A DNA stretch of 62,306 nucleotides, the filler included. It is 4 parts of 4 records of this genome, joined end to end, with 100 filler letters (N's around TTAATTAATTAA, not from the genome) between each part and the next. Parts side by side here need not be neighbours in the genome. Positions count along the whole stretch, not along the records: positions 1 to 20,763 come from SRR31156797_8950; positions 20,864 to 37,556 come from SRR31156797_8958; 2 more parts are not named here. One strand, written 5' to 3'. Both the position numbers and the translations under genes were made by a program. Shown here piece after piece: positions 18,879 through 31,065 of the stretch; position 1 is the stretch's first letter; each line of letters opens with the position of its first letter. The notes beneath the pieces are model-generated. The model had not been told where the DNA came from. It searched no databases and saw nothing but the letters and a program-made list of their open reading frames with translations.

Positions 18879-20705
18879 ATGTGTGGTATAGCCGGTTTTT
18901 TTCAATGTCAATCAATTTTTAATCGCACGCATTTGCATAGTATGGGTGATGCTATGGTTCATCGTGGACCAGATTTTACGGGATATTTTGAAGATGAATA
19001 TGTAGGGTTAGTGCATAATCGGCTTAGTATTATTGATTTAACAAGCAGGGCCAATCAGCCAATCAAATCACATGATGGACGCTATATAATGGTTTATAAC
19101 GGCGAAGTTTATAATTACAAAGAGTTAGCAGGCCAGTTCAGAATTGAAACAAAAACAACAAGTGATAGTGAAGTAGTATTGGAGTTATTTGCAAAGCGTG
19201 GTGTCGATTTTGTCAATGCTTTAAATGGTATGTTTGCAATTGCAATTTATGATAAAGAAGAGCAAAGACTTTTTTTATTTAGAGATAGAGTTGGGGTAAA
19301 GCCTTTGTTTTATTATTTTAATAACAAGAACTTTGTGTTTGCATCTGAGTTAAAGGCTTTGAAAGTGGGTTTGCCAAAGGATTGGCTCCATATTAATAAC
19401 CAAAGTATTGCAAATTATTTGCATTTAGGATTTATAAATGCTCCGGCTACAATTTATAACAATGTTTTTAAGTTGGGAGCCGGGGAAATGGCTATTATTG
19501 ATAAAAATGGCATGACAAAGCGAAGTTGGTGGTCAGCGGAGGAGAAAATAAAGAAATCATATATCACTGATGAAAATGAAGCTTTAAAACGACTAGATAG
19601 CCTAGTAAATAGTGCGGTTCAGAATCGTTTAGTTAGTGATGTGCCTATTGGTACATTTTTAAGTGGAGGAATTGATAGTAGTTTGGTGTCTGCCATAGCT
19701 GCGAGGCATTTTAGTGGGAAATTAGAGACATTTACAATTGGATTTGACCATGTGAAGCATAATGAAGCTCAGTTTGCAGATAAAGTATCCAAACATATAA
19801 ATTCAGCACATAACCTTTATTATGTTACAGACGATCAGGCACGAGAATTATTGCCAGATATCATAAGTCAGTATGATGAGCCCTTTGCAGATACAAGTGC
19901 TATTCCAACCATGTTGGTGTCACAAATGGCTAAGAAAAAAGTTACGGTTACCCTTTCCGGTGATGGTGGTGATGAGTTGTTTATGGGATATGGATCACAT
20001 GTGTGGGCTCGGAGATTAAGTTCTTCGAAAACTAAAATATTAGCACCATTTTATCGCAATTTACTTAAGCATGGGAAAAGCAGACACAAAAGAGTAGCTC
20101 CCTTGTTTGAAAAATCATATAATCGGAATGCACATATATTTTCACAGGAGCAGTATTTTTTCTCTCAAAGAGAATTAAGTAAGCTTATTGATATTGACTT
20201 CCAGCCTTTTATGCCTAATTACAATGAAATAAAGAGAGCGTTATTGCCTGGTGAAAAACAAGCATTTTTTGACTTTAAGTATTATTTACCTGATGATTTA
20301 TTAACAAAGGTAGATAGGGCTAGTATGCGATATGCTCTAGAAACACGCGTCCCCTTATTAGATTACCGAATTGTAGAATTAGCTTTAAATATTCACCCTG
20401 GTTTGAAATTGCGAGGTAATGAAAGCAAGTATCTATTAAAGAAATTACTTTATAAATATGTGCCTGAGTCTTTGTTCGATAGACCAAAACAAGGTTTTTC
20501 GGTGCCACTCGCCCAGTGGATGCAGGGTCCTCTAAAGGATTGGTTTGATGAACATTTAAGTGATGAATTGATTAAAAAGCATGAATTACTCAATCTAGCT
20601 GAAATTCAAAAGCTTAAAAAACAGTTTGAATCGCCAAAATATGCCTTTGTATATAATCGGTTATGGGCAATTGCTGCATTGCATGCCTGGATGGAAAGCA
20701 ACTAA
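18879..20705 (+). CDS. asnB: Asparagine synthase (glutamine-hydrolysing) family amidotransferase
   Basis: MCGIAG N-terminal Ntn Cys, HRGPD, RLSIID, FLSGGIDSS, LSGDGGDELF. Confidence 0.92.
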   Translation: MCGIAGFFQCQSIFNRTHLHSMGDAMVHRGPDFTGYFEDEYVGLVHNRLSIIDLTSRANQPIKSHDGRYIMVYNGEVYNYKELAGQFRIETKTTSDSEVVLELFAKRGVDFVNALNGMFAIAIYDKEEQRLFLFRDRVGVKPLFYYFNNKNFVFASELKALKVGLPKDWLHINNQSIANYLHLGFINAPATIYNNVFKLGAGEMAIIDKNGMTKRSWWSAEEKIKKSYITDENEALKRLDSLVNSAVQNRLVSDVPIGTFLSGGIDSSLVSAIAARHFSGKLETFTIGFDHVKHNEAQFADKVSKHINSAHNLYYVTDDQARELLPDIISQYDEPFADTSAIPTMLVSQMAKKKVTVTLSGDGGDELFMGYGSHVWARRLSSSKTKILAPFYRNLLKHGKSRHKRVAPLFEKSYNRNAHIFSQEQYFFSQRELSKLIDIDFQPFMPNYNEIKRALLPGEKQAFFDFKYYLPDDLLTKVDRASMRYALETRVPLLDYRIVELALNIHPGLKLRGNESKYLLKKLLYKYVPESLFDRPKQGFSVPLAQWMQGPLKDWFDEHLSDELIKKHELLNLAEIQKLKKQFESPKYAFVYNRLWAIAALHAWMESN

Positions 20706-20763
20706 ATCTTCATTTTTTATTTTTCGCCCCCCCCGACCTTCCCCGTAAAAACAAAAAAGGCCT

Positions 20764-20863
20764 NNNNNNNNNNNNNNNNNNNNNNNNNNNNNNNNNNNNN
20801 NNNNNNNTTAATTAATTAANNNNNNNNNNNNNNNNNNNNNNNNNNNNNNNNNNNNNNNNNNNN
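20764..20863. other. Artificial contig spacer
   Basis: 44 N + TTAATTAATTAA + 44 N; composition and taxonomy change across it. Confidence 0.98.
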
Positions 20864-20901
20864 TTGATCACTTATTTACTGTGATTGGTATAAATAGCGT
20901 C

Positions 20902-21864
20902 TTAATCCACTTGTTTAATCTGTAGCTCTTTCGGCACTTCAAAGAACATGTTTTCTTCACGACCTAGAGCTTCTTCAACTTCGGTTGCGCCGAGCGCCTT
21001 AATACGGTCAATAATTTGATTAACGAGCTCTTCTGGCGCAGAAGCACCGGCTGTTACACCAACTTTACTCTTACCCTCAAACCAATGTGTATGAACGTCT
21101 TCTGGACAATCGGTCAAATATCCCGGTGTTCCCAGTTTTTCGGCCAACTCTTTTAAGCGCGTAGAGTTGGAAGAGTTTTTCGAGCCAACAACAATAAGCA
21201 GGTCAACCTCTTGAGCCATAATACGAACCGCATCTTGACGATTTTGCGTTGCGTAACAAATATCGTCTTTACGTGGCCCTTGAATGTCAGGGAAAACCTC
21301 ACGAAGTTTATCGATCACATCCGCGGTTTCATCCACGGATAACGTTGTTTGGCTAACATAGTGCAAGTGACTAGGATCTTTAACCTTCGACACCAACTCA
21401 ACAACGTCTTCCGGCTTTTCAACCAAGTACATGCCGCCTTTATCACTGGCATATTGGCCCATCGTCCCTTCTACTTCTGGGTGTCCAGCGTGACCAATTA
21501 ATACCACTTCCATATGCTTTCGACTCGCACGAGCCACTTCCATATGGACTTTGGTTACCAACGGACACGTTGCATCAAACACTGTCAGATCACGCTCTTT
21601 CGCTTCCTTACGAACCGCTTGTGAGACCCCGTGTGCAGAGAAGATAACAATGCTATCGTCAGGCACTTCATGCAGTTCTTCAACAAAAACGGCGCCACGC
21701 TGTTTCAGGCCTTCAACAACAAATCGGTTGTGAACGACTTCATGACGAACATAAATAGGAGGCTGATACATTTCCAGCGCACGTTCAACAATGCTAATCG
21801 CACGATCGACACCGGCACAAAAGCCACGAGGGTTAGCTAACAGTATTTTCATGTCATTACTCAT
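20902..21864 (-). CDS. ispH: 4-hydroxy-3-methylbut-2-enyl diphosphate reductase
   Basis: [31 protein letters not shown]. Confidence 0.97.
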   Translation of the reverse strand: MSNDMKILLANPRGFCAGVDRAISIVERALEMYQPPIYVRHEVVHNRFVVEGLKQRGAVFVEELHEVPDDSIVIFSAHGVSQAVRKEAKERDLTVFDATCPLVTKVHMEVARASRKHMEVVLIGHAGHPEVEGTMGQYASDKGGMYLVEKPEDVVELVSKVKDPSHLHYVSQTTLSVDETADVIDKLREVFPDIQGPRKDDICYATQNRQDAVRIMAQEVDLLIVVGSKNSSNSTRLKELAEKLGTPGYLTDCPEDVHTHWFEGKSKVGVTAGASAPEELVNQIIDRIKALGATEVEEALGREENMFFEVPKELQIKQVD

Positions 21865-21870
21865 GAGGTT

Positions 21871-22302
21871 TTATTCGACCGACAAGATTTCAACATCAAA
21901 AATGACATCTTGTCCGGCTAAGGGATGATTAAAATCAACAGTGACAGAATCGCCTGCGATATCGGTAATAATGCCTGGAATTTCCATGCCATCGGGACCA
22001 CTAAAAGCCATGATAGTACCAACTTCTACTTCGGTATCTCCGATAAACTTGGTGCGATCCATATGATGAATATTATCTGGGTTAGGTTGGCCAAAGGCAT
22101 CTTCAGCAGTCAGCTCTATTGCTCGATTCTGCCCAGCTTGCATACCAATAAGGTGCTGTTCAAAATTATCACTCAAGCTTCCATCGCCAATCACTAACTT
22201 AGCTGGTTTACCGCCATTGTGCGTGCTATCAGCAACCGAACCATCTTTTAACTTAATCGTAAAATGTAGCGTTACAGCAGAATTTTGGGCTATTGTTGTC
22301 AC
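21871..22302 (-). CDS. fkpB: FKBP-type peptidyl-prolyl isomerase (SlpA)
   Basis: VDFNHPLAG; position between lspA and ispH; GTG start at 22302 with an AAGGAAG RBS. Confidence 0.92.
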   Translation of the reverse strand: MTTIAQNSAVTLHFTIKLKDGSVADSTHNGGKPAKLVIGDGSLSDNFEQHLIGMQAGQNRAIELTAEDAFGQPNPDNIHHMDRTKFIGDTEVEVGTIMAFSGPDGMEIPGIITDIAGDSVTVDFNHPLAGQDVIFDVEILSVE

Positions 22303-22485
22303 GTTAGGCTTCCTTATCAATGCGCGAGATCTTTTGTCTCGTTGGTCTACTCAAGTCACTTCGCAAACTCAACTGCGAACTTACTTGAGCCATTTTTTGA
22401 AAATTAAAATTCGAGTCTTCTTCTAACAAAAAGCGCTCTCCGAATCAACGGACAGCGCCTAAGGTTATTTCACGATAAAACGAGC

Positions 22486-22992
22486 CTAAGCCGTTTTCTT
22501 GTTGCCACGGAAACCATCAAGAATGATCATCGCAGCACCGATACAAATTGCGCTATCAGCAAGGTTGAACGCTGGCCAGTGGTAATTACCCCAGTAAAAA
22601 TCTAAATAATCCACCACAAAACCATGTACAACACGGTCAAAAACATTGCCCACTGCACCACCAATAATCAATGCATAAGCAATGTTATTCCACTTTTCAC
22701 TCGCAGGTAGTTTGCGCATCCACAATGAAAGCATCGCAGTGACACCAAATGCAATTGCAGTAAAGAACCAACGTTGCCAACCGGCTTGATCACTCAAAAA
22801 GCTAAATGCCGCTCCGTAATTATGAACATACAGTAAGTTAAAAAAAGGCAGAATCTCGATTCGATTCTCCCATCCATAACCCATACTGTTCATTACTACT
22901 AACTTAATACCAATATCAGCGACGAAGATCAGGAGGGCTAGCCATAGCCAGCGCACTCCAGATTGTTTCAGCGTTAATGCTTGCTGTGTCAT
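22486..22992 (-). CDS. lspA: Lipoprotein signal peptidase II
   Basis: [30 protein letters not shown]. Confidence 0.97.
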   Translation of the reverse strand: MTQQALTLKQSGVRWLWLALLIFVADIGIKLVVMNSMGYGWENRIEILPFFNLLYVHNYGAAFSFLSDQAGWQRWFFTAIAFGVTAMLSLWMRKLPASEKWNNIAYALIIGGAVGNVFDRVVHGFVVDYLDFYWGNYHWPAFNLADSAICIGAAMIILDGFRGNKKTA

Positions 22993-23007
22993 GTAAAAGG
23001 CCTTTAA

Positions 23008-25869
23008 TTATGCGAACTTACGAACTTCACCTTCGCCTTCAACGTTAGACACGCAGCGACCACAGATTTTCTCATGACCAGAAATCGTGCCGACATCAGC
23101 AGTGTGGTGCCAACAACGGTCACATTTCTCTGCCTCTGTCTTGTTCACTTGAACAAATAGACCATCAATATCCGTGGCATGCGCAGCATCGCTCTTCTCA
23201 GCAAGCGGCTTCACCGTTGCTTTTGAAGTTAGCAGAACAAAACGCAGTTCATCTTCAAGCTTCTTAAGCTTGCCTGCCAATGCGTCATCAGCAAACAGAG
23301 TCACTTCAGCTTGCAGTGCACCACCGATCGTTTTCTCATTACGAGCACTTTCCAACAGTTTGTTTACTGCACCACGCACAGATTGAACTTCTGCCCAGAA
23401 ATCGTTGTTTAGCTCTTCGCCCGCAGCAAGATCAAACAGACCTTGATACCATTCACCAGTGAACACGAACTTGCTACGATCTTCACCGTCAGCTTGTTTG
23501 GTCGGCATTTCGTTCCAGATTTCATCTGCAGTGAACGACATGATTGGCGCCATCCAACGAACAAGAGCTTCTACGATGTAGTAAAGCGCAGTCTGACAGC
23601 TACGCTGAGCATGGCTGCCCTGTTTCGCAGTGTACTGACGGTCTTTAATCACGTCTAAGTAGAAAGAGCCCATTTCGATAGAACAGAAGTGCATCAAACC
23701 TTGAACAACAGCGTGAGTGTTGTACTCATCGTAAGCTTTAACAATCTCATCTTGCGCGGCTTTCGCTTGAGCAACAGCCCAACGATCCAGTGCAACCATC
23801 TCTTCAGCTGGAACCATATCTGTCGCTGGGTTAAAGCCGTTGAGGTTCGCTAGGAAGAAACGCGCAGTGTTACGGATACGACGGTAAGAGTCAGCACTAC
23901 GTTTTAAAATTTCATCAGAAACCGCAACTTCACCAGTGTAGTCAGTTGATGCAACCCATAGACGAAGGATGTCAGCACCCAGCTTGTTGGTTACATCTTT
24001 TGGTGCAACCACGTTACCGATAGATTTAGACATCTTACGGCCTTGACCATCAACCACGAAGCCGTGCGTCAGTACTTCTTTGTATGGCGCTTTGCCTTTC
24101 ATCGCGATAGATGAAATCAGAGAAGACTGGAACCAGCCACGGTGTTGGTCAGAACCTTCAAGATACATGTCTGCTTCTGCACCGTTAAACTCTTCACGGT
24201 TATCGACAACAGCGTAATGAGTCACACCAGAATCAAACCATACGTCTAGTGTATCCAGTACTTTTTCGTACTTGTCCGCGTCTTCACCCAATAGCTCAGC
24301 AGGTTCTACATCCCACCATGCCTGAATACCTTTTTCTTCAATCAGCTTTGCAACTTTTTCGATAAGCTCTAAAGAGTTCGGATGCAGTTCCGCAGTCTCT
24401 TTGTGCACGAACAGAGCAATTGGCACACCCCAAGTACGTTGACGAGATACACACCACTCAGGGCGACCTTCGATCATACCTTCGATACGGCTTTGACCCC
24501 AATCAGGCATCCACTTAACACCTTTAATCGCTTCTAGTGCTTGAGCACGAAGACCAGCTTGATCCATAGAAACAAACCATTGTGGTGTTGCACGAAAGAT
24601 AATTGGTGTCTTATGACGCCAGCAATGTGGGTAGCTGTGTTCATAAGCATGATGATGAAGAAGAGCACCTTTTTCTTTTAGTACTTCTACAACATTGTCG
24701 TTCGCTTTTAATACGTGTTGACCCGCAAACAGCTCAGTATCTGGCAAGTAAACGCCATTTGAACCAACAGGGTTTGCAACTTCAAGACCGTATTGCTGAC
24801 CAACAGCAAAGTCTTCCTGACCATGGCCTGGAGCTGTGTGAACAACACCCGTACCAGAATCTGTAGTAACGTGGTCACCAAGAATCGCTGGAACGGTGAA
24901 ATCGTAGAATGGGTGTTGGTATTGAGTTAGCTCTAAATCGCTACCCTTAGCAAAACCTAAGTTATGGAATTGCTTGATACCCGCACGATCCATTACGTCT
25001 TTCGCTAGCTCAGAGGCAACGATGATACGCTCAGGTTGCAGATCATTCTCAGAAGAAGCTTCCACTTGAATTAGAACATATTCAAGATCATCACGCAGAC
25101 ATACCGCGCGGTTCGCAGGCAATGTCCATGGTGTTGTTGTCCAGATTACGATTGAAACGTCACCTTCACCTGCGTGATCCGATTTAAGATCAAACTTAGA
25201 TAGCAACGCAGCTTCGTCTGCTGCTTTGAAACGCACATCAATCGAAGGAGATACTTTGTTTTTGTACTCAACTTCCGCTTCAGCAAGTGCGCTACCACAA
25301 TCTGTACACCAGTGAACAGGCTTGAAGCCTTTCAATAAGTGGCCGTTATCAGCAATCTTACCCAGAGCACGTACGATGTTTGCTTCTGTAGCAAAATCCA
25401 TGGTGCGGTAAGGCTTATCCCACTCACCAAGAATACCCAGACGCTTAAAGCCTTCTTTTTGGCCTTCTACCTGACCAGCCGCATATTCACGACATTTTTC
25501 TCGGAATTCAGCAGCCGTTACTTTTTGACCTGGCTTGCCTACTTTTTTCTCAACCATTAACTCAATTGGCAGACCGTGACAGTCCCAACCAGGAATGTAT
25601 GGCGAGTCAAAACCAGCAAGAGTTTTAGATTTAATAATAATGTCTTTAAGAATCTTATTAAGTGCGTGACCAATATGAATATCGCCATTAGCGTATGGAG
25701 GGCCATCGTGCAGAATGAAAGATTTTTTGCCTTTCTTAGCTTTACGGATTTCACCGTATAGATCTTCTTTGTACCAACGCTCTAACATTTCTGGCTCACG
25801 ATTCGCCAGATTACCGCGCATTGGGAACCCTGTTTCAGGTAAATTCAGGGTATTTTTATAGTCACTCAT
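23008..25869 (-). CDS. ileS: Isoleucine--tRNA ligase
   Basis: HIGH, KMSKS, C-terminal zinc finger CDRCW...CGRC. Confidence 0.98.
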   Translation of the reverse strand: MSDYKNTLNLPETGFPMRGNLANREPEMLERWYKEDLYGEIRKAKKGKKSFILHDGPPYANGDIHIGHALNKILKDIIIKSKTLAGFDSPYIPGWDCHGLPIELMVEKKVGKPGQKVTAAEFREKCREYAAGQVEGQKEGFKRLGILGEWDKPYRTMDFATEANIVRALGKIADNGHLLKGFKPVHWCTDCGSALAEAEVEYKNKVSPSIDVRFKAADEAALLSKFDLKSDHAGEGDVSIVIWTTTPWTLPANRAVCLRDDLEYVLIQVEASSENDLQPERIIVASELAKDVMDRAGIKQFHNLGFAKGSDLELTQYQHPFYDFTVPAILGDHVTTDSGTGVVHTAPGHGQEDFAVGQQYGLEVANPVGSNGVYLPDTELFAGQHVLKANDNVVEVLKEKGALLHHHAYEHSYPHCWRHKTPIIFRATPQWFVSMDQAGLRAQALEAIKGVKWMPDWGQSRIEGMIEGRPEWCVSRQRTWGVPIALFVHKETAELHPNSLELIEKVAKLIEEKGIQAWWDVEPAELLGEDADKYEKVLDTLDVWFDSGVTHYAVVDNREEFNGAEADMYLEGSDQHRGWFQSSLISSIAMKGKAPYKEVLTHGFVVDGQGRKMSKSIGNVVAPKDVTNKLGADILRLWVASTDYTGEVAVSDEILKRSADSYRRIRNTARFFLANLNGFNPATDMVPAEEMVALDRWAVAQAKAAQDEIVKAYDEYNTHAVVQGLMHFCSIEMGSFYLDVIKDRQYTAKQGSHAQRSCQTALYYIVEALVRWMAPIMSFTADEIWNEMPTKQADGEDRSKFVFTGEWYQGLFDLAAGEELNNDFWAEVQSVRGAVNKLLESARNEKTIGGALQAEVTLFADDALAGKLKKLEDELRFVLLTSKATVKPLAEKSDAAHATDIDGLFVQVNKTEAEKCDRCWHHTADVGTISGHEKICGRCVSNVEGEGEVRKFA

Positions 25870-25932
25870 CGATTCTTAATTCCGTTGTATTGGGCGAAGT
25901 TAGACATTATATTAGCCAGTGGAATCAACCGG

Positions 25933-26868
25933 TTAATTCTTTAACTGAAGCAGCCACACCCTTGCGGCTTCAGCATCCAATTCTATTTGTTGCTTGAGTG
26001 CATCAAACGACTCAAATTTTTTCTCATCTCGTAGCTTATGTAAAAGTGCGACTTCTAATTGCTTTCCGTATAAATTGCCGTGAAAGTCAAATAAATGCAC
26101 TTCTAGTTGCTGACGAACACCATTTACGGTTGGTCTTTGGCCAATATTGGCAACACCACCGACAGGTTGTTCGCCCAGCCCGTAAGCTTCGACAACATAT
26201 ACCCCAGACACTGGTGAAACACAGCGTTTTAGTGGGATATTTGCAGTAGGAAAACCTATCGTTCGACCCAGTTTTCGACCATGCGATACTCGGCCACTGA
26301 TACTATAGCTTCTTCCTAACATGTCTGACGTTGCCGCCAAATCGTTGTCGGCTAATGACTCACGAATTGCAGTACTGCTGACGCGTAGCTCTTCAACACA
26401 GAAGCTCTTTGTACTGACCACTTCAAATCCGTATTTTTCCCCAGCCTCTTTGAGCATAGCAAAGTTGCCTTTACGCTCGCGGCCAAAACAAAAATCGTCA
26501 CCGACAACCAGAAACTTAACACCCAAACGTTTTACCAACAAGTCGCGGATAAAACTGTCAGCATCAAGCCCTGCAAAATAGTGGTTAAAATTCACACATA
26601 AAAGACGATCAATATCGAGTTTACTCAACTGAACGAACTTATCTCTCAGCCTTGTCAAACGAGCTGGTGCTCTATCTTTCAGGAACAGCTCCATAGGCTG
26701 CGGTTCAAAAGTCATCACTACTGAAGGTAGATTAAGCAACTTCGCTTGTTGAGATACCTTTTCCAGTACCTGTTGATGCCCCAAATGAACACCATCAAAG
26801 TTACCAATCGTCAATACACAACCATTATGTTGTGGTTTGATGTTATGAATACCGCGTATTAATTCCAT
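25933..26868 (-). CDS. ribF: Bifunctional riboflavin kinase / FAD synthetase
   Basis: MELIRG start, GNFDGVHLGH, GRTIGFPTAN; ribF-ileS-lspA operon. Confidence 0.96.
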   Translation of the reverse strand: MELIRGIHNIKPQHNGCVLTIGNFDGVHLGHQQVLEKVSQQAKLLNLPSVVMTFEPQPMELFLKDRAPARLTRLRDKFVQLSKLDIDRLLCVNFNHYFAGLDADSFIRDLLVKRLGVKFLVVGDDFCFGRERKGNFAMLKEAGEKYGFEVVSTKSFCVEELRVSSTAIRESLADNDLAATSDMLGRSYSISGRVSHGRKLGRTIGFPTANIPLKRCVSPVSGVYVVEAYGLGEQPVGGVANIGQRPTVNGVRQQLEVHLFDFHGNLYGKQLEVALLHKLRDEKKFESFDALKQQIELDAEAARVWLLQLKN

Positions 26869-27056
26869 TGGAATACGTTTAAAACCTATAGTTCTCAGTG
26901 AGTAAAGCGCGTAATACAAGCGTTCTCTAGTGTGAAACCGACGGATTATACCCTAAATAGCAGTGAAAAGGACTGCGATTTTTGCAGTTATTTTCCTTAG
27001 GCCAAACTCATGGTTAGCGCATGAACCCGACTGATTGAGAAATTGAAGTATCGCTA

Positions 27057-28619
27057 TTATTCAGCTGCCACTTTTAAGTCCGACAAGCGCAGACCCAATA
27101 TAAATGCTGTAATGACATAAACCGCAGCACCTACCCCAATCAATACAGCCAACGTCAGTGCTCGATAGTAAAAGCTCCACTCCAACCACTCCGACATATC
27201 TTCTAACTGCCACAAAATCGCAGCGACCATCGCACTGCCTGCAAGAAGCAGACGGACACAGAACACAATGGTTTTGCTAGAAATACGGTACACACCTTGT
27301 TGATGTAAGCCATTATAAAGGAGAGCCATGTTAATAAAGGCCGATAACGCTGTTGCTGCTGCTAAGCCGACATAGCCGTAGAACCAAGCGAACACTGCGT
27401 TAAAACCAATATTGCTTACCATCGCTATAATGCCATAGCGAACAGGCGTCTTAGTATCTTGCCGCGAGTAGTACCCAGGAGCCAGTACCTTAATCAACAT
27501 GAAATTCAATAAACCCGCAGCGTAGGCAAATAGTGACATTGAAGCCTGTTCAACGTCACTTGGTGTAAACTCACCACGCATAAACAAAACCATCAGCATA
27601 GGTTTGGCGAGCACCATTAAACCTAACATTGCAGGGATGCCGAGCAGTGTCACCATTCTCACTCCCCAATCCATGGTGTGAGAAAAACCTTCACTCTGAG
27701 CATCCACATGTTTACGAGATAATGCAGGCAAAATAACAGTCGCGATGGCAATACCAAACAGTCCTAACGGAAACTCCAATAAACGATCAGAATAATAAAG
27801 CCAACTGATCGATCCCGTCTGGAGAAAGCTCGCAACGAAGGAGTCAAACAACAAGTTAATTTGACTGACTGATACACCAAACAGAGCCGGAATCATCAAA
27901 GTACGAATCTTAACCACACCGGGATCTTTCCAACCCCATTTCGGTTTAACCAGTACACCCGCTTTGATCAAAAACGGCAGTTGGAATAAAAACTGAGCTA
28001 AGCCACCTAAAAATACACCTATTGCTAAACCTATCTCAGGTTGTTCCAGTATCGGTGAGATATACCAAGCAGAAAAGATGATCATTACATTGAGAAAAAC
28101 CGGAGTAAAAGATGAAACCGCAAATTTGCCCAAGGTATTAAGTATCGCTCCGGATAAAGCGACAAAGGTAATAAACCATAAATAAGGAAAGGTGATCTTT
28201 AACAGCAAGCTTGCCAGTTCATACTTCGGGGCTGCCGGACCATCATTGATCCAATCTATAAACCAGCCGGCACCAAACAGAGCGGTAACCACCCCGGAAA
28301 AAATAACCCCAAGTATGGTTACAATAGAAACCAAAACACCGAGCGTCCCAGCCGCTCGAGCGATTAGGTCTCGTGTCTTATCCATATCCCCGGATGCATG
28401 ATATTCCGTTAATACCGGAACAAACGCTTGAGAAAAAGCGCCTTCGGCAAACAAACGACGTAAGAAATTGGGAATGCGGTTGGCAAAGAAGAACACGTCG
28501 GCGCTAGCACCCGCGCCCATTAAGTTTGCTACAACGATATCACGCACTAGCCCTAAGACGCGGGAAACCAACGTCATAGAACTCACAATAATGCCAGACT
28601 TGAGTAAGCGCTTGCTCAC
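27057..28619 (-). CDS. murJ: Lipid II flippase MurJ (MviN)
   Basis: SRVLGLVRD, RRLFAEGAFSQAFVP, DRLLEFPLG; GTG start at 28619. Confidence 0.95.
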   Translation of the reverse strand: MSKRLLKSGIIVSSMTLVSRVLGLVRDIVVANLMGAGASADVFFFANRIPNFLRRLFAEGAFSQAFVPVLTEYHASGDMDKTRDLIARAAGTLGVLVSIVTILGVIFSGVVTALFGAGWFIDWINDGPAAPKYELASLLLKITFPYLWFITFVALSGAILNTLGKFAVSSFTPVFLNVMIIFSAWYISPILEQPEIGLAIGVFLGGLAQFLFQLPFLIKAGVLVKPKWGWKDPGVVKIRTLMIPALFGVSVSQINLLFDSFVASFLQTGSISWLYYSDRLLEFPLGLFGIAIATVILPALSRKHVDAQSEGFSHTMDWGVRMVTLLGIPAMLGLMVLAKPMLMVLFMRGEFTPSDVEQASMSLFAYAAGLLNFMLIKVLAPGYYSRQDTKTPVRYGIIAMVSNIGFNAVFAWFYGYVGLAAATALSAFINMALLYNGLHQQGVYRISSKTIVFCVRLLLAGSAMVAAILWQLEDMSEWLEWSFYYRALTLAVLIGVGAAVYVITAFILGLRLSDLKVAAE

Positions 28620-28878
28620 GGTAACCTCGAAAACTGAGCCAAAACAATACCTCACCACTCTGAATGAAAAGAATGTCCTTCAGAGAGCAGATAAGTATTA
28701 GCATTGGAAAAAAAATACTGTTAGAATCCCCGCCATCTTAACCGCGAAGGCCTTCTGATACCAAACTTGTTTGGCTTAGGTGGGTTTTTGCACAAATCAT
28801 TTGACATTTTAGACCAAATGAGGGATAGTCCTCGGCCTTAAAATGTTACCTAACGAAAAGTTTTTGGGAGTTAGACCC

Positions 28879-29139
28879 TTGGCAAATAGTAAATCTGCTA
28901 AGAAGCGCGCTATCCAAGCTGAGAAACGTCGCCAGCACAATGCTAGCCGTCGTTCTATGATGCGCACTTACATGAAGAAAACTGTTGCTGCTATTGAAGC
29001 AGGCGACAAAGAAACTGCAACTGCTGCTTTCGCTGCAGTTACACCAATCCTTGACCGTATGGCGACTAAAGGCCTTATTCACAAGAATAAAGCAGCTCGT
29101 CACAAGTCTCGCTTCGCTGCAGCTATCAAAGCTCTATAA
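28879..29139 (+). CDS. rpsT: 30S ribosomal protein S20
   Basis: [12 protein letters not shown]...[15 protein letters not shown] start after GGGAG. Confidence 0.97.
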   Translation: MANSKSAKKRAIQAEKRRQHNASRRSMMRTYMKKTVAAIEAGDKETATAAFAAVTPILDRMATKGLIHKNKAARHKSRFAAAIKAL

Positions 29140-29163
29140 TTCAAATTTGAATTATCAGTGATG

Positions 29164-29192
29164 AAAAAAAACCGGCTATTGCCGGTTTTTTT
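29164..29192. terminator. Bidirectional terminator rpsT/hlyU
   Basis: A-run, ACCGGC-TATT-GCCGGT, T-run. Confidence 0.85.
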
Positions 29193-29217
29193 ATTTTCTG
29201 AGCTTAATTCAAATCAT

Positions 29218-29511
29218 CTATTCACAATAGAGATGATGTAAAAGCTCAATCATCTTTTTCACTTCGTCACTGCTTAAGGTGTAGAATACGGTTTGAGCAC
29301 ACTTACGTGTATTGACCAAACCATCACGTCTTAACCAAGCGAGATGTTGAGAGAGTGCTGATTGGCTCAATTCCAGCTTGCCACATAGTTCACCAACAGA
29401 TAACTCTTGGTTATGCAACAAACAAAGAATCTGCAATCGCCTCTCATTAGCCATCGCTTTCAATAAAACAACGGCTTGGGCGGAATTCTTTTCCATTTCT
29501 TGTAAGTTCAT
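29218..29511 (-). CDS. hlyU: ArsR/SmtB-family regulator HlyU
   Basis: LLKAMANERRLQILC, SQSALSQHLAWLRRDGLV; nhaR-hlyU-rpsT synteny of Vibrio. Confidence 0.92.
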   Translation of the reverse strand: MNLQEMEKNSAQAVVLLKAMANERRLQILCLLHNQELSVGELCGKLELSQSALSQHLAWLRRDGLVNTRKCAQTVFYTLSSDEVKKMIELLHHLYCE

Positions 29512-29769
29512 GAACAAAGTCCCCTAAGAACAACTTCTTTAACGCTCATTAAGTCGACATAATTAACTAATTCATATAGTTATATGTCATATTAGCGGGG
29601 TAAAGTATTTGGGTTGTATACATTTAGTCTAATTATGCGACAGGCTTAGATTGTTATAAGAATTCACCTGATGACACAATAGCCATTCGATTTATTTAGC
29701 ACAGCGTAATAATTGTCATTTGTAACAAATTGTACAAAGTTAATCCAACGGTTATTAATGACAAAAGCG

Positions 29770-30663
29770 TCATTCAAACAAATTTGTGAAGTCAGCATCA
29801 CAAACATTCTTTACCGCAGGGTGCTGAATCATACGTTCAGCAAAAATTACATAGTATTCCTCCCTCACTTCCTCAATCGGAGCCACTAAGTGCAAAGAGC
29901 GATCATCACTGACTTCAGTAACATCATGGAATATTGGCGCTAAAAAAATGGTTTCGGGATGGTAACGCGAGAACGCTTTCATCAAAGCGGCATCATCAAA
30001 CTCACCTAAAATATTGGGTTGGATACCTTGATGATCGAACCACTGTCTGATTTTTCGTCCCATTGAAGTACGACTACCTGGAATCAAAAGCTTGCGTTGT
30101 TCGAGCAATAGAGGGAATGGCTCATCAGTAATTTTACTGCGAGAGAAAAAGCCCATATGGCTTTCACCCAACTTCTTACTATATAAACCAGGGCTTTGAC
30201 TTGAATCGACTGGGCAGTCAGACAAAATCATATCGAGCTTATGTTGAGACAACTGCTCTAACAGCAGTTCATGGGTCGACTCAAAACAGCGTAAGTGAAT
30301 ACTGTTATCTTCTTGGAGGGATGTCATTAGCACTTTGCTCACAAGCCTCTTGGATAAAGCATCGGCAACACCAACATCAAACAGTACATTGGCACGTTGA
30401 CTATAGTTCACAATATCCAACATCTCGTAGCTCAAGCCAAACATACGGTCAGCATACTTAAACACTAACTGACCTAATTCTGTAGGTTCAACGCTGCGCC
30501 CATTTCTCTTAGTTAACTTACCATCCATACGTTCTTCAAACGCTTTGATTTGCCCAGTAACAGTTTGAGGCGTTAAGAACAGCGCATCAGCAGCTTTAGT
30601 AACGGAGCCTTGCTTACATACCATCCAAAAATAGTACAAGTGGTTATAGTTAAGATGAGACAT
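29770..30663 (-). CDS. nhaR: LysR-family activator NhaR
   Basis: [32 protein letters not shown]. Confidence 0.95.
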   Translation of the reverse strand: MSHLNYNHLYYFWMVCKQGSVTKAADALFLTPQTVTGQIKAFEERMDGKLTKRNGRSVEPTELGQLVFKYADRMFGLSYEMLDIVNYSQRANVLFDVGVADALSKRLVSKVLMTSLQEDNSIHLRCFESTHELLLEQLSQHKLDMILSDCPVDSSQSPGLYSKKLGESHMGFFSRSKITDEPFPLLLEQRKLLIPGSRTSMGRKIRQWFDHQGIQPNILGEFDDAALMKAFSRYHPETIFLAPIFHDVTEVSDDRSLHLVAPIEEVREEYYVIFAERMIQHPAVKNVCDADFTNLFE

Positions 30664-30985
30664 ATGAAAACCAGAAGGAGTTGAAAATATCTGGTGATGT
30701 TTATAACAAACCCTTATGTGCTTATCAATTAATTCGAAATATCCGAAACCAAAGTAAATGAAATGAAAGTTTTTCCTACAAAATCACATTTCAATATGAC
30801 AGAAAAGACACAGAGCCCAAGGTTCACACGCCATTATTAAGCCGTTATTTGCGATTTTTAATCCTAAATCACAAAAAGAAAACACTCTACAAAATCATTT
30901 TAAATCAATAAGTTAAACAACAAATCAATACGAACAAACACCACTGAGCAATATCAACTGATAAAAACATCACTTTATTACAAAA

Positions 30986-31003
30986 CTGTCATATTACTGA
31001 AAT
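30986..31003 (+). promoter_or_regulatory. Candidate Pho box upstream of the Na/Pi transporter
   Basis: CTGTCAT-ATTA-CTGAAAT versus PhoB consensus CTGTCAT-N4-CTGTCAY. Confidence 0.5.
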
Positions 31004-31065
31004 ATTTCCCCTCTAGTATCGCGATCAGAGTTCAACAACAGACCTAAAACAGTTAAATACGGTCA

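Noticed and set aside
20710-20763. Homopolymer-rich contig tail
   Set aside because: It looks like low-quality end sequence; no interpretable structure.
20808-20819. TTAATTAATTAA repeated three times as a biological motif
   Set aside because: It is an all-frame stop linker embedded in N-runs.
3752-26868. Two ribF genes as a duplication or horizontal transfer
   Set aside because: They lie on different contigs from different phyla, separated by an artificial spacer.
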